The position numbers were made by a program, and so were the translations under genes. Shown in pieces: positions 45,041 through 53,805 of a stretch of DNA of 64,000 bases (position 1 is its first letter; each line of letters opens with the position of its first letter). The notes under the pieces were generated by a model that was not told the origin of the DNA, ran no database searches, and saw only the letters and a list, made by a program, of their open reading frames with translations. This stretch comes from a virus, in UHGV virus genome UHGV-0144373; one strand, 5' to 3'.

Positions 45041-46150
45041 ATGACTACTAAAACTAAAGCACAGATTGACGCAGAAATTTACAAACTGGTTAAAGAAGGT
45101 AAGCTTACTAAAACAGCTATTGCACAGAAGTTCAATACTTCAACCCGTTCAGTTGGTCGTGCTGTAGAGCGTCATGAAGCAACCTTAAAAGGTAAGAAAA
45201 AGGTAGCTTCTAAACCAGCTACGAAGACTTTGAAGCAAGTTGCTAAGTCAGTTAAAAAGAAAGCTGGAAAACCAGTTGAAAAGGTTGTTAAAGAGGTTGT
45301 ACAAAAGGCTCCGGTAAATAAACTACACGAAGCTATGCAGAATGGCAACCAGATTGAGTACATGATTACTGGTGACTCTGTTATCATGACTTTCGGTGCA
45401 GATTCTGAAATAGTTGAATCTACCCATCCGAACTACAAAGAAATCGTGATGGCTGTTGTATCCGGTGAGTTTAAGAAAGCCTTTGAACTGATGAACATTC
45501 GTAAGTCTATCGAAAACTTCACTCAGGGTGCTATCACAATCAAGGGTGACAAACTATTCTACGGTGCTGTTGAGATGCGTTCTACTCTGGTTGACCGTAT
45601 TCTTCACATGATGAAGACTGGAGATAAAGGTTTTGAACGCCTTGTAATGTTCTTTGAAAAACTGATGGAAAACCCATCTAAAGATTCTGTAGAACAACTT
45701 TGGGGCTTCGTATCCCACCTTGATGTTGAAATTGATGAAGAAGGTTACATCATTGGTTGGAAGAAAGTCTCTACTCGTGAAGGTAAGCTGGTTGACTCCC
45801 ACACCTACAGAGTACCTAATGATTTAGGTAACATTGTAGAAATGCCACGTTGGATGGTTGATAATAACCGTAACGTGACTTGCTCACAAGGTCTTCACGT
45901 TGGTGCTTGGGATTATGTTCGTTGCTTCTCAGGTGATACAATTCTGAAGGTTCGTGTCCATCCACGAGATGTTGTATCTGTTCCAACTGATTACAACGAT
46001 ATGAAGATGCGTTCATCACGTTATGAAGTTGCAGCAATCGTTGACAATCAACGTAAAGTGCTGAAAGCATGGGATGGCAAGACTGAAGCTTTGCATGTCA
46101 TCGTTGGTACTGCTGGCGAACTTATTTCTCAGCGTAAACGTGAAATCTAA
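45041..46150 (+). CDS. rIIB: rIIB-like protein
   Basis: C-terminal segment LKVRVHPRDVVSVPTDYNDMKMRSSRYEV closely resembles the conserved C-terminus of T4 rIIB as recalled from memory; position after rIIA. Confidence 0.7.
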   Translation: MTTKTKAQIDAEIYKLVKEGKLTKTAIAQKFNTSTRSVGRAVERHEATLKGKKKVASKPATKTLKQVAKSVKKKAGKPVEKVVKEVVQKAPVNKLHEAMQNGNQIEYMITGDSVIMTFGADSEIVESTHPNYKEIVMAVVSGEFKKAFELMNIRKSIENFTQGAITIKGDKLFYGAVEMRSTLVDRILHMMKTGDKGFERLVMFFEKLMENPSKDSVEQLWGFVSHLDVEIDEEGYIIGWKKVSTREGKLVDSHTYRVPNDLGNIVEMPRWMVDNNRNVTCSQGLHVGAWDYVRCFSGDTILKVRVHPRDVVSVPTDYNDMKMRSSRYEVAAIVDNQRKVLKAWDGKTEALHVIVGTAGELISQRKREI

Positions 46151-46167
46151 TAAGTAATTTCTTAAAA

Positions 46168-46189
46168 GGCTGCTTCGGCGGCCTTTTTT
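46168..46189 (+). terminator. intrinsic terminator
   Basis: GGCTGC-TTCG-GCGGCC followed by TTTTTT; a perfect TATAAT follows at 46214-46219. Confidence 0.65.
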
Positions 46190-46250
46190 ATTTGTATTTT
46201 GTGCAGAGTGCTGTATAATTGTTGTCACGATAAACTAAACAGGAGAACCA

Positions 46251-46799
46251 ATGAAGAAATTGATTCTAGGTTTGTGCTTAATGTTTACAGCACACTTATC
46301 TTATGCAGTTGACTGCCCAGAGCTATCAATTAGCCAAAAAGTAAACATGTTAAAAGCTTACCAGTATGGCGAGAATAACATGGGTAAAGGTTGGGGTATC
46401 ACTCTAGCTGCTATAGCCTTACAAGAGTCAGAGTTAGGTCTGAAGGTAGAGAATAAAAAGACACATGATTATGGTATTTTCCAGAACCACTTGAAGACTG
46501 TTGTAAAGCGTAACAAAATCAGTCCTAATGTGGCTAAAAAGAAACTCTTAAAAGATTTTGACTATGCTGCAAAGGAAACTCACAAAGAGCTTGAATTTTG
46601 GACTAAGGTACACGGTCAACCAAAGTCAAAGAAGACTTTACAAAAAGTTTTAGCATCATATAATGCTGGGTATTCGTACAAAATCCCTAAAGCTAAGAAA
46701 TATTCTCAAGATGTCTATAACAACATGAAAGTCATTGCTCAATGTGAATTTGCAACAAACATTTCTAAGGTAAACCATGAAAAAATTAAAAAAGTCTGA
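46251..46799 (+). CDS. lytic transglycosylase (SLT domain) with signal peptide
   Basis: N-terminal MKKLILGLCLMFTAHLSYA signal peptide; SLT motifs ALQESEL, DYGIFQ and YNAGYSY. Confidence 0.6.
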   Translation: MKKLILGLCLMFTAHLSYAVDCPELSISQKVNMLKAYQYGENNMGKGWGITLAAIALQESELGLKVENKKTHDYGIFQNHLKTVVKRNKISPNVAKKKLLKDFDYAAKETHKELEFWTKVHGQPKSKKTLQKVLASYNAGYSYKIPKAKKYSQDVYNNMKVIAQCEFATNISKVNHEKIKKV

Positions 46800-47472
46800 T
46801 GAAGTACTGTGTCATGCTTACGACTTACATCCTCATGAGTTAGGTCTTGATTCCTGTGTATGGACTCCAGAACAGTGTAGGGATTTTGAAGACACTGCAA
46901 GAGAAGTTGTATGTTCACTCGAAGAGTTCCACACATCAGAGCCAATTGTGAATGTTGTAGATAAAGAGACTGGACAAACTATAGGTGTAAGTCATGATAG
47001 CTTAGTCATAGTCAATAAAGACCTTGTAGAAAAAGGTAACCTCATCTTAGCAGATATTGATGGTGTTCTTACAAATTTTAATCACGAAGATTACTCAACG
47101 GAATTGACTGATGGTTCATTCTCACAGTATACCAATCTTCTTGATTCTGTAAGAGCAAAGCCAACGTATGTTTTCAATATCATTGATGCAATTGCTAATC
47201 ATGCTGCCATTGGACTCTTGACAGCGAGAGGTGAATCTCAGAGAATACCTACTGAGATGTTTTTAAGGCATAACACAGAGCATGACTACATGCTCTTTAT
47301 GCGTGGTTTTGGGACTAACTCTATAAGTGCAGAAAGTTTGAAAGTGAGGATGATTCAGTCTTGCATTCTGCCTTACTTTAATATAGTATGTTTTATAGAA
47401 GACACAGAGAAGAATGTGCAGAAGGTGAACAGAATCCTTCCACACATCAAAACCATGTTAGTTAAACATTGA
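46777..47472 (+). CDS. putative HAD-family phosphatase
   Basis: LILADIDGVLT resembles HAD motif I (hhhDxDGxL); weak. Confidence 0.3.
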   Translation: MKKLKKSDEVLCHAYDLHPHELGLDSCVWTPEQCRDFEDTAREVVCSLEEFHTSEPIVNVVDKETGQTIGVSHDSLVIVNKDLVEKGNLILADIDGVLTNFNHEDYSTELTDGSFSQYTNLLDSVRAKPTYVFNIIDAIANHAAIGLLTARGESQRIPTEMFLRHNTEHDYMLFMRGFGTNSISAESLKVRMIQSCILPYFNIVCFIEDTEKNVQKVNRILPHIKTMLVKH

Positions 47473-47482
47473 GAGAAAACTT

Positions 47483-47947
47483 ATGAACAATATCATTACG
47501 GTAGCACTTGACGTTACGGCAAACAAATCTGAAGTAGTTCGTAACATTATCAAGAGCAACTTTGAGGGTAAAATCTTCCGTGCTGTCAACGTAAAAGCAG
47601 ACGGTAACATCCGAGAGTATCGTGCTCTTTTGAATGTTAAGAAACACGTAAAAGGTTCTGGCTCAACGACAGCACATAAAGAAAATCTGATGACTATCTA
47701 TGATATGGGTATGGCTTCAGAATTAGGTGCTGAAGGTATCGTTAAAGAAGGTGCTCCGTATCGCTCTTTCAATCTGGAAACTACTCTCATGCTTTCCTTT
47801 ACAAGTGGTTCTAAAACAACTACTTATCTCTTTACTGATGCTGCAACGGTATCTGCTATCAAGGATAGCACTGTCAAAGCTGGGGTAGCTGCTGCTGCAA
47901 AAGCTTCTTCGATGGCTGCAAATGTCCTTGCTAAAGTCCTCGGTTAA
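47483..47947 (+). CDS. hypothetical protein
   Basis: 154 aa with an Ala-rich C-terminus, followed by a strong terminator. Confidence 0.45.
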   Translation: MNNIITVALDVTANKSEVVRNIIKSNFEGKIFRAVNVKADGNIREYRALLNVKKHVKGSGSTTAHKENLMTIYDMGMASELGAEGIVKEGAPYRSFNLETTLMLSFTSGSKTTTYLFTDAATVSAIKDSTVKAGVAAAAKASSMAANVLAKVLG

Positions 47948-47958
47948 GGTTAAGATAC

Positions 47959-47980
47959 AGGCTCCTTCGGGAGCCTTTTT
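47959..47980 (+). terminator. intrinsic terminator
   Basis: AGGCTCC-TTCG-GGAGCC followed by TTTTT. Confidence 0.75.
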
Positions 47981-47999
47981 CATTTTAGGAGATTGTTAA

Positions 48000-48347
48000 A
48001 TGACATTTAAAGAGTTCTGTCAAGCTACCTTCATAATTGTTTTCTTAGTTGGGGCAGGTGTCTGGGGAGGATACTCTTACAGAGACTATCAAGTTGCTGA
48101 AGCTGAGCTAAACAATCAAAAGCTCATAAGTGTTGCTAAAGATGCTTATCAGGAAGGTTTAGTCACACTGAGCACCAATTACAAAAATGATTTGAAAGAT
48201 GTGCTTGCTAAGAATAAGCATACAAAAGAGGTACTAACATATGAAAAAACTAAGCCAGAGTTTTATAATGTTTGTGTTACTGATAACTATGTCAGGGTGT
48301 TCAACGAACAAAGTGAACAGTACATTCAAAAACTCCCAAGTAAGTGA
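48000..48347 (+). CDS. putative i-spanin (Rz-like)
   Basis: N-terminal TM helix (ATFIIVFLVGAGVWGGY) followed by a coiled-coil-like periplasmic domain; overlaps the next ORF in another frame. Confidence 0.35.
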   Translation: MTFKEFCQATFIIVFLVGAGVWGGYSYRDYQVAEAELNNQKLISVAKDAYQEGLVTLSTNYKNDLKDVLAKNKHTKEVLTYEKTKPEFYNVCVTDNYVRVFNEQSEQYIQKLPSK

Positions 48348-48510
48348 GAGTGACAAGTACACTCAAGAAGAATCAAGATTCACTGTCAAAGGTAATACTG
48401 GCAGCGATGTGGCAGCAGCCCTTGAGTTCTATCGTGATGGATTTTACCAGTGCACAATCAAAGCTAATAACCTTATTGATATGATTTTATTAGGAAACAA
48501 ACAGCAATGA
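48241..48510 (+). CDS. putative o-spanin (Rz1-like lipoprotein)
   Basis: Signal peptide plus lipobox-like LLITMSGC; overlaps the 3' part of the preceding gene out of frame, the classic Rz/Rz1 arrangement. Confidence 0.35.
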   Translation: MKKLSQSFIMFVLLITMSGCSTNKVNSTFKNSQVSESDKYTQEESRFTVKGNTGSDVAAALEFYRDGFYQCTIKANNLIDMILLGNKQQ

Positions 48511-48776
48511 CAGAGAATGAAGATACTTTTTACATAGAAGGGTACTTACTGTTGCCACGACCAAAAGAAACTTATATGCGAATTGATTTCTCACCAACCA
48601 TTATGGATAATGTGATGTGCCATATCTTTATGCAAGGTGTCACAGCACAGCTTAAGTATGTTGGTAAAGAGTGCAAAATAAAGGTTGACACTCATCCAGA
48701 AATCAAAGAGAATCACTACACATGGTTCTTACCAGACTCTAAAGAAATCTTAGCAGTTCTTAAAACGAGGAAGTAG
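48507..48776 (+). CDS. hypothetical protein
   Basis: 89 aa. Confidence 0.4.
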   Translation: MTENEDTFYIEGYLLLPRPKETYMRIDFSPTIMDNVMCHIFMQGVTAQLKYVGKECKIKVDTHPEIKENHYTWFLPDSKEILAVLKTRK

Positions 48777-48778
48777 CT

Positions 48779-49102
48779 ATGCAGATTAATGGAAGAGACT
48801 TTGTAGCCGTTTACTACGAGAAGGATAAAGAGGTTGGTGTAGCACAAGTAACCTATGGCAATGGTAAGTGGCTATATGGAACAATCGCAGTAGTAGGAAC
48901 AAGAAGTGATACAAAAACCTTTAAAGATTGTGTTGACCTTCTTGAAGAATCCATCCAGAATCATTGGTGTCTGATATGGATGACTGACAACGAAGTGATG
49001 GAGCGTTTCAAAAAGATTGATATCAACATTGATAGTATTGAGCATGTTGATTTATATGAACTGACCGAAAAGGTAAACTATGAAAGCTCTAGAGGTAATT
49101 GA
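48779..49102 (+). CDS. hypothetical protein
   Basis: 107 aa. Confidence 0.4.
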   Translation: MQINGRDFVAVYYEKDKEVGVAQVTYGNGKWLYGTIAVVGTRSDTKTFKDCVDLLEESIQNHWCLIWMTDNEVMERFKKIDINIDSIEHVDLYELTEKVNYESSRGN

Positions 49103-49307
49103 CAAAGATACTGGAGAAGTCACGTCAGCATGTGTTTTCGTGAGTCACGACACAGTGATACCATTTTACAACCTCGACAGTTTTAGTTTTACAGGGATAA
49201 CTTCAGAGGAATACTTTGAAGACCTCACCTTTGCCAGAATCTCTATAGACACATTCTATAAATGCTTCTATGATGAAGGTAAAGAATTACGAGAAACTGA
49301 ACTATAA
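49080..49307 (+). CDS. hypothetical protein
   Basis: 75 aa. Confidence 0.35.
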   Translation: MKALEVIDKDTGEVTSACVFVSHDTVIPFYNLDSFSFTGITSEEYFEDLTFARISIDTFYKCFYDEGKELRETEL

Positions 49308-49319
49308 GGTATATATTAT

Positions 49320-49520
49320 ATGGCTGACTTCTGCAAAGACTGTTCTATCGAAATGTTCGGACGTGATACAGGTGACTTAAAAGGTCTTATCACTGAAGAT
49401 GACTTTAAAGCTGGCTATGCAATGCCAGTAATCTGTGAAGGTTGTGGGTGCATCTGGGTAGACCACGAAGGACAGCGTGTAAAACCTTCAGAAGATAAAG
49501 AATCTTGGGAGAGATGTTAA
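49320..49520 (+). CDS. small zinc-ribbon protein
   Basis: CKDC ... CEGCGC cysteine pairs. Confidence 0.4.
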   Translation: MADFCKDCSIEMFGRDTGDLKGLITEDDFKAGYAMPVICEGCGCIWVDHEGQRVKPSEDKESWERC

Positions 49521-50306
49521 ATGGGTATTGTAAAAATAATCAATGGTGATATCTTTGCCGCATTTGATAAAGGTAAGTTTGACATCATCGGTCACGGTTG
49601 CAACTGTATGAATTTAATGGGTGCAGGTATTGCAGCAACTATTTCTAAGCGTTATCCAAAAGTGTATGATACTGACACAGAAGTTTACCTGTTTGCAGGC
49701 GGCATCCGTCACAAACCCTGTGAAAATTTACTGGGTAATTTCTCCGTAGCACGTTTAAAACAAGGCCGTATAGCTAACCTTTACACCCAACTTCATACTG
49801 GTAAAGATGCCCGATACAGTGCTTTAGAGTCATCTTTGAAACAGCTTAACAGATACTGTGAAGTTAACCAGTTGAAGAAAGTTGGTCTACCTATGATTGG
49901 TGCAGGTATTGGTGGACTCGACCCTCAAGCCGCCACAGTTATCATTAATCAGGTGATGAAAAGTGTAGATGTTTATCTGTATGTCTACGAAGGAGAGATG
50001 TACCACAAGTTACTCTCAGGTTGGAAGAACTACTGTGAACCAGAATACTTTGCAGGTGTAGTAACGTTCACAGATAATACAGTTACCCTCTTCAGACGAA
50101 GAAAAGGTAAGATACATCAAAGTAACCCTCCGGTTGAAAAGATGTCTCTAAGTAACGCTCTAGTTACCCACCTGTCGAAGAGCAATCACAGAATTGCTGT
50201 GACATTTGGTAGTGATGCCGATGCTTACATTTATGCAAGAACTGATGAGGATATCGAGGCAATCTTCTCTTCACCAGAAGTTACCTTCTTAGACGCAAAG
50301 AACTAA
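49521..50306 (+). CDS. macro-domain (ADP-ribose binding/processing) protein with C-terminal extension
   Basis: VKIINGDIF ... DIIGHGCNCMNLMGAGIAATI and VGLPMIGAGIGGLDPQAA align in pattern with YmdB/MacroD (GDIT ... IVNAAN ... GGGGVDGAIH and FPAISTGVYGYP). Confidence 0.6.
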   Translation: MGIVKIINGDIFAAFDKGKFDIIGHGCNCMNLMGAGIAATISKRYPKVYDTDTEVYLFAGGIRHKPCENLLGNFSVARLKQGRIANLYTQLHTGKDARYSALESSLKQLNRYCEVNQLKKVGLPMIGAGIGGLDPQAATVIINQVMKSVDVYLYVYEGEMYHKLLSGWKNYCEPEYFAGVVTFTDNTVTLFRRRKGKIHQSNPPVEKMSLSNALVTHLSKSNHRIAVTFGSDADAYIYARTDEDIEAIFSSPEVTFLDAKN

Positions 50307-50368
50307 GAAACTCTGTAGGATATTCACAATAGGCTAAGCCTTTCTTATCTGGTAAATTTTTCAGGTAA

Positions 50369-50560
50369 GGAGGGCTTTTTCATTTCAGATTTGTGCAGGT
50401 AGAGTTCTGTAGAGGAATCTATAGAGAAAATTTTGAACTCCAAAGAGCTTTTTCATTTTCAAACTGTGCAGGTAATCTCCAAAGAGCTTTTTCATTTTCA
50501 AAACGTGCAGAGAAAAATCAGGTCGGGCAAGAAAAATCATTTTAGAATTGTGCAGGTAGG
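50369..50560. repeat. four direct repeats of about 33 bp (iteron-like)
   Basis: Units at about 50369, 50440, 50478 and 50527 share GCTTTTTCATTTTCAAA(C/A)(T/C)GTGCAGGTA; a G-rich tract GGTAGGTGGGTGTAGGTGGGG follows. Confidence 0.8.
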
Positions 50561-50733
50561 TGGGTGTAGGTGGGGATGTCGCCATTTCTCACAAGGCTAC
50601 CACATCCGAAAAGAAAAGTCAACAGAAAAATTTGTAGCGGATTGAAAAATAATTCTTGATTTGTTTTCTGTTTTGTGGTATTCGCGTGCGCCCGTTTCAT
50701 TACATTTTGCCAAAAATATTTTTAAAATTTTTC

Positions 50734-50762
50734 TTGACTCCTCGAACGGGTTTTTATAGTAT
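50734..50762 (+). promoter_or_regulatory. sigma70-like promoter heading the small-gene cassette array
   Basis: TTGACT-N17-TAGTAT with an AT-rich UP-like tract upstream; same architecture and spacer (GGTTTTTA) as the type B promoters downstream. Confidence 0.5.
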
Positions 50763-50811
50763 TTGCATCAGACGGGGCGACAAGCTCCCTTCCTAAAATG
50801 GAAAGTCTAGA

Positions 50812-50870
50812 AAGTACTTTACAAGGGGCTTAAAAGTTGTTACCTTAAGCCCCAGATAAAGAGCTTTACC
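50812..50870 (+). promoter_or_regulatory. type A leader module copy 1
   Basis: AAGTACTTTACAA + hairpin GGGGCTTAA-(11 nt)-TTAAGCCCC + AGATAAAGAGCTTTACC, then the RBS. Confidence 0.6.
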
Positions 50871-50898
50871 AACAACCTTAAACTAGGAGAATATGAAA

Positions 50899-51282
50899 AT
50901 GGCATATCGTGCACCTAAATTCATCAATAAAGATAATTTCCGCAATGCACTGGAAAAATCACTTGATGAGAATTTTACAGGTCAGATTATTGTTGTTCAC
51001 GCATTCAATTTTAAGTATGATATTAACGGGAATAAAATCAATCATTACACGGCAACAATGTTAGATGGCACGCTTTCAAGTGAAAAAGCCGTACTAAATG
51101 CGCTTGCAGGACGTGGTAAAAACCTGATAAGATGCGATAAGAGACGTTATCAGGGCGGCGCATATGGTTATGATGATACTGTTTATCATCTTGAAAACAT
51201 GGGCTATCAAGTAGAAAAAGCTGGAGTGTCGCAGATTATTGGTCGTGATGGTTATGTAACTATCTTCAAAATTAACAAATAA
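50899..51282 (+). CDS. cassette gene 1, hypothetical protein
   Basis: Start set at the second ATG (50899), whose spacing from GGAGA matches the other cassettes; 127 aa. Confidence 0.5.
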   Translation: MAYRAPKFINKDNFRNALEKSLDENFTGQIIVVHAFNFKYDINGNKINHYTATMLDGTLSSEKAVLNALAGRGKNLIRCDKRRYQGGAYGYDDTVYHLENMGYQVEKAGVSQIIGRDGYVTIFKINK

Positions 51283-51340
51283 AGTACTTTACAAGGGGCT
51301 TATAGTTCGATAAAGTAAGCCCCAGATAAAGAGCTTTACC
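51282..51340 (+). promoter_or_regulatory. type A leader module copy 2 (variant loop)
   Basis: Same module with hairpin GGGGCTTA-TAGTTCGATAAAG-TAAGCCCC; the stem is preserved by compensatory changes. Confidence 0.6.
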
Positions 51341-51369
51341 ACTAAATCCTAAATTGGAGAATCTGAAAA

Positions 51370-51627
51370 ATGGCTATTATTAAAAACGTTGTAATTACTG
51401 CAAAAACTCGTGATGACGCTCGCGTTATGGCTAAAAAGTTATGTGGGAAAGTGGTTGACAACGGGAAAAAATCTGCTGTAAGATGGGGCGTCAAGGTTGA
51501 TAAACATTTAACCTTAAGACGCAGTTCAAACAACCTTTTTAAAGGTGTAAAATCACTCGGTAAAGTGAACGTTTTTACCAAAAAAGGCTATAAAATGCAC
51601 TTATCATTAACTGGCAATTTAATCTGA
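51370..51627 (+). CDS. cassette gene 2, hypothetical basic protein
   Basis: 85 aa; GGAGAATCTGAAAA-ATG. Confidence 0.5.
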   Translation: MAIIKNVVITAKTRDDARVMAKKLCGKVVDNGKKSAVRWGVKVDKHLTLRRSSNNLFKGVKSLGKVNVFTKKGYKMHLSLTGNLI

Positions 51628-51628
51628 T

Positions 51629-51690
51629 AAAGTACTTTACAAGGGGCTTAAAAGTTGTTACCTTAAGCCCCAGATAAAGAGCTTTACCAC
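51629..51690 (+). promoter_or_regulatory. type A leader module copy 3
   Basis: Identical to copy 1 over the hairpin. Confidence 0.6.
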
Positions 51691-51715
51691 TAAATCCTAA
51701 ATTGGAGATTCTAAA

Positions 51716-52228
51716 ATGAAAACTGTAGACGCTACCTTTGAAGTTGTAAAAGAAAAATTTTCAATTATCTATGAAGCGGTGAATTGCTACGAACCAAGCC
51801 ATAATCTTGATGATTGGAAGTTTACAGATGACCATCAAGGCGGTGTGACTATTAAAAACCCCAACTATCGTCATAATGCCTTTAAATATGCAATCCCTTT
51901 AAATTATAGCCTTAAGCAGCTTTCTAGTGACTATGCAAAGCAAGGCCGGGAAAATCCATCCCGTGAGGCTTACATCAGCTTACAAAGAGAACTGGAAAGG
52001 GATTTAGAGGCTTCAGAATACAACCTTGCTGCAAAAGTTATTGATGCAAATGGTCAAACAATTTTAGACAGTTTTTATATTGGTTACGCTTTCGATTGGT
52101 GCTATAGCGACGGCGTCGATTTAGAGGATAGACTAAAAGAGGAAGTGAGCAATTCAGGCGCAGAATCTGAAGTTATGGAACAACTAGAAGCCTTAAAAGA
52201 TTCAGTGATGAATATCTTTAAGAACTAA
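51716..52228 (+). CDS. cassette gene 3, hypothetical protein
   Basis: 170 aa; GGAGATTCTAAA-ATG. Confidence 0.5.
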   Translation: MKTVDATFEVVKEKFSIIYEAVNCYEPSHNLDDWKFTDDHQGGVTIKNPNYRHNAFKYAIPLNYSLKQLSSDYAKQGRENPSREAYISLQRELERDLEASEYNLAAKVIDANGQTILDSFYIGYAFDWCYSDGVDLEDRLKEEVSNSGAESEVMEQLEALKDSVMNIFKN

Positions 52229-52235
52229 ATAGATT

Positions 52236-52290
52236 TCTTTACACGGGGTTATCAAGCTGATAAGATAGCCCCAGATAAAGAGCTTTATTT
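52236..52290 (+). promoter_or_regulatory. type A leader module copy 4 (degenerate)
   Basis: TTTACA retained; hairpin GGGGTTATC ... GATAGCCCC with a G-U-compatible change; AGATAAAGAGCTTTA retained. Confidence 0.5.
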
Positions 52291-52320
52291 AAATCAACCC
52301 TTAAACTAGGAGATTCTAAA

Positions 52321-52617
52321 ATGAAATTATCAAATAAAGTTAGGGAAAATCTAAGCAAGTTACTCAACAAAATCGATTTTATCGAGACCTCAAGAAATAC
52401 TCATGAGGTTATGGAATGGTTACACGGGAAAATAAATGGCCGCCGTGTAGTGATTTGTTTATGGAATAGTTGCAGGGAGTATAAAAAACCTGTATTACAA
52501 ATTAATGTTTATGATGATACTTTTAAAAGTCCAGTAAAGTCTAAAAGCGATTTATTAGAATCTTATGAGATATCTGTAAATGGTAAAATCTCACAAAAAG
52601 AGGCAATACCATGCTGA
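52321..52617 (+). CDS. cassette gene 4, hypothetical protein
   Basis: 98 aa. Confidence 0.5.
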   Translation: MKLSNKVRENLSKLLNKIDFIETSRNTHEVMEWLHGKINGRRVVICLWNSCREYKKPVLQINVYDDTFKSPVKSKSDLLESYEISVNGKISQKEAIPC

Positions 52618-52943
52618 TGACTGGTGTCACCGCAATTATAGCCATTTTCGCGCTCTATAAGGCATATAAAGCCTATAATCTGGCAAGTAAGGCAATCACG
52701 CAGCAGGTTAGTAATAGCCTTGTAGAGAGCTTTCTAGAGCGTTTAAACGATGAACAAATAAAACGGTTAGAAATGAGCTTCAGATTTCAATCAAAAACTT
52801 ATCAAATCAGCGACATTTTCAAAGATGATTTTCAGCTTGTCGATGATTATAACTCTCTGATAAATGCTTTAAATATCAGTGACTTAAAAGACTACTACGC
52901 TGTAATTGTCCAAGAAATGAGCAAACGAAAACAAAATGCTTGA
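52611..52943 (+). CDS. cassette gene 5, membrane-anchored protein
   Basis: N-terminal hydrophobic helix MLMTGVTAIIAIFALY; overlaps the upstream stop. Confidence 0.45.
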   Translation: MLMTGVTAIIAIFALYKAYKAYNLASKAITQQVSNSLVESFLERLNDEQIKRLEMSFRFQSKTYQISDIFKDDFQLVDDYNSLINALNISDLKDYYAVIVQEMSKRKQNA

Positions 52944-52968
52944 CACTGGTTTTTAGATAAATTAAATT
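52940..52968 (+). promoter_or_regulatory. type B sigma70-like promoter copy 1
   Basis: TTGACA-N17-TAAATT, followed by the 5' leader hairpin GGGGAGG-AAATGA-CCCCCCC and a conserved linker ending GGAGATTCAAAA-ATG. Confidence 0.55.
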
Positions 52969-53032
52969 ACACATCAACGGGGAGGAAATGACCCCCCCAC
53001 TAAATAAAACCCTTAAACTAGGAGATTCAAAA

Positions 53033-53305
53033 ATGTATGCTACTAACAATGGTCGTACTCTAAATGTCACTCTGCGTCACTATGTAGACGGTGTGATGCA
53101 CTTTGAGGATTTACGGGCTGAACAATATATCTTAGATTGGCAAGTCGCAGGACTCCAAAAAACTGTTACGGGATACGGTAAAAAGATTCCAACCAGTTGG
53201 AAAGTTCACTACAAAGGACGTTTGCGCAGAATTTATCAGGATGTTTGTAGCAATAGCGCATCAAGTTACATCATGGTAAAAGGTAAAAAGCTGCATTTAG
53301 TTTAA
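53033..53305 (+). CDS. cassette gene 6, hypothetical protein
   Basis: Start set at 53033 after the conserved RBS; the ORF-track start at 52988 lies in the hairpin loop. Confidence 0.5.
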   Translation: MYATNNGRTLNVTLRHYVDGVMHFEDLRAEQYILDWQVAGLQKTVTGYGKKIPTSWKVHYKGRLRRIYQDVCSNSASSYIMVKGKKLHLV

Positions 53306-53365
53306 AGTACTTTACAAGGGGCTTAAAAGTTGTTACCTTAAGCCCCAGATAAAGAGCTTTACCAC
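53305..53365 (+). promoter_or_regulatory. type A leader module copy 5
   Basis: Identical hairpin to copies 1 and 3. Confidence 0.6.
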
Positions 53366-53390
53366 TAAATCCTAAATTGGAGATTCAAAA

Positions 53391-53795
53391 ATGGCTATTA
53401 ATAATCGTGAATTATCAATCTTAAAAGCACGTTTGACCATTAATAGAATTAATGTTATGACATCAGCAGCGCCAGATGAAACCTTATATAATATTATTGG
53501 AAAGATTCAAAGTGTTATCTTAGACGTTGAAAACGTGAAAAACTCATTAACTGACGTTGCAGCAGGTATCACGCTAGACGGTGCACAATACGAAATGGCT
53601 GACATGTTGGGCAAATCTAAGGTAATGAATAAAGAGCTGGATTTAAAAATTTTTAGGTTCGCCGTGAAAGTATGGCTATCCGTCGAGTATGATGCTAATT
53701 ATGCAATCGCTGACTTTTTCGCCACTTGGTTACAACGTAATTTGACAAATCACGATTTTCGTGGTATCTGCGATGCAATTTATGCAGAACTCTAA
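53391..53795 (+). CDS. cassette gene 7, hypothetical protein
   Basis: 134 aa. Confidence 0.5.
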   Translation: MAINNRELSILKARLTINRINVMTSAAPDETLYNIIGKIQSVILDVENVKNSLTDVAAGITLDGAQYEMADMLGKSKVMNKELDLKIFRFAVKVWLSVEYDANYAIADFFATWLQRNLTNHDFRGICDAIYAEL

Positions 53796-53805
53796 AAAAT
53801 TTTCT

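Noticed and set aside
50385-50645. Two overlapping ORF-track ORFs (50385-50585 on - and 50433-50645 on +) in the intergenic region
   Set aside because: Both are assembled from the ~33 bp direct repeats, have no ribosome-binding sites and overlap each other on opposite strands; treated as repeat artefacts.
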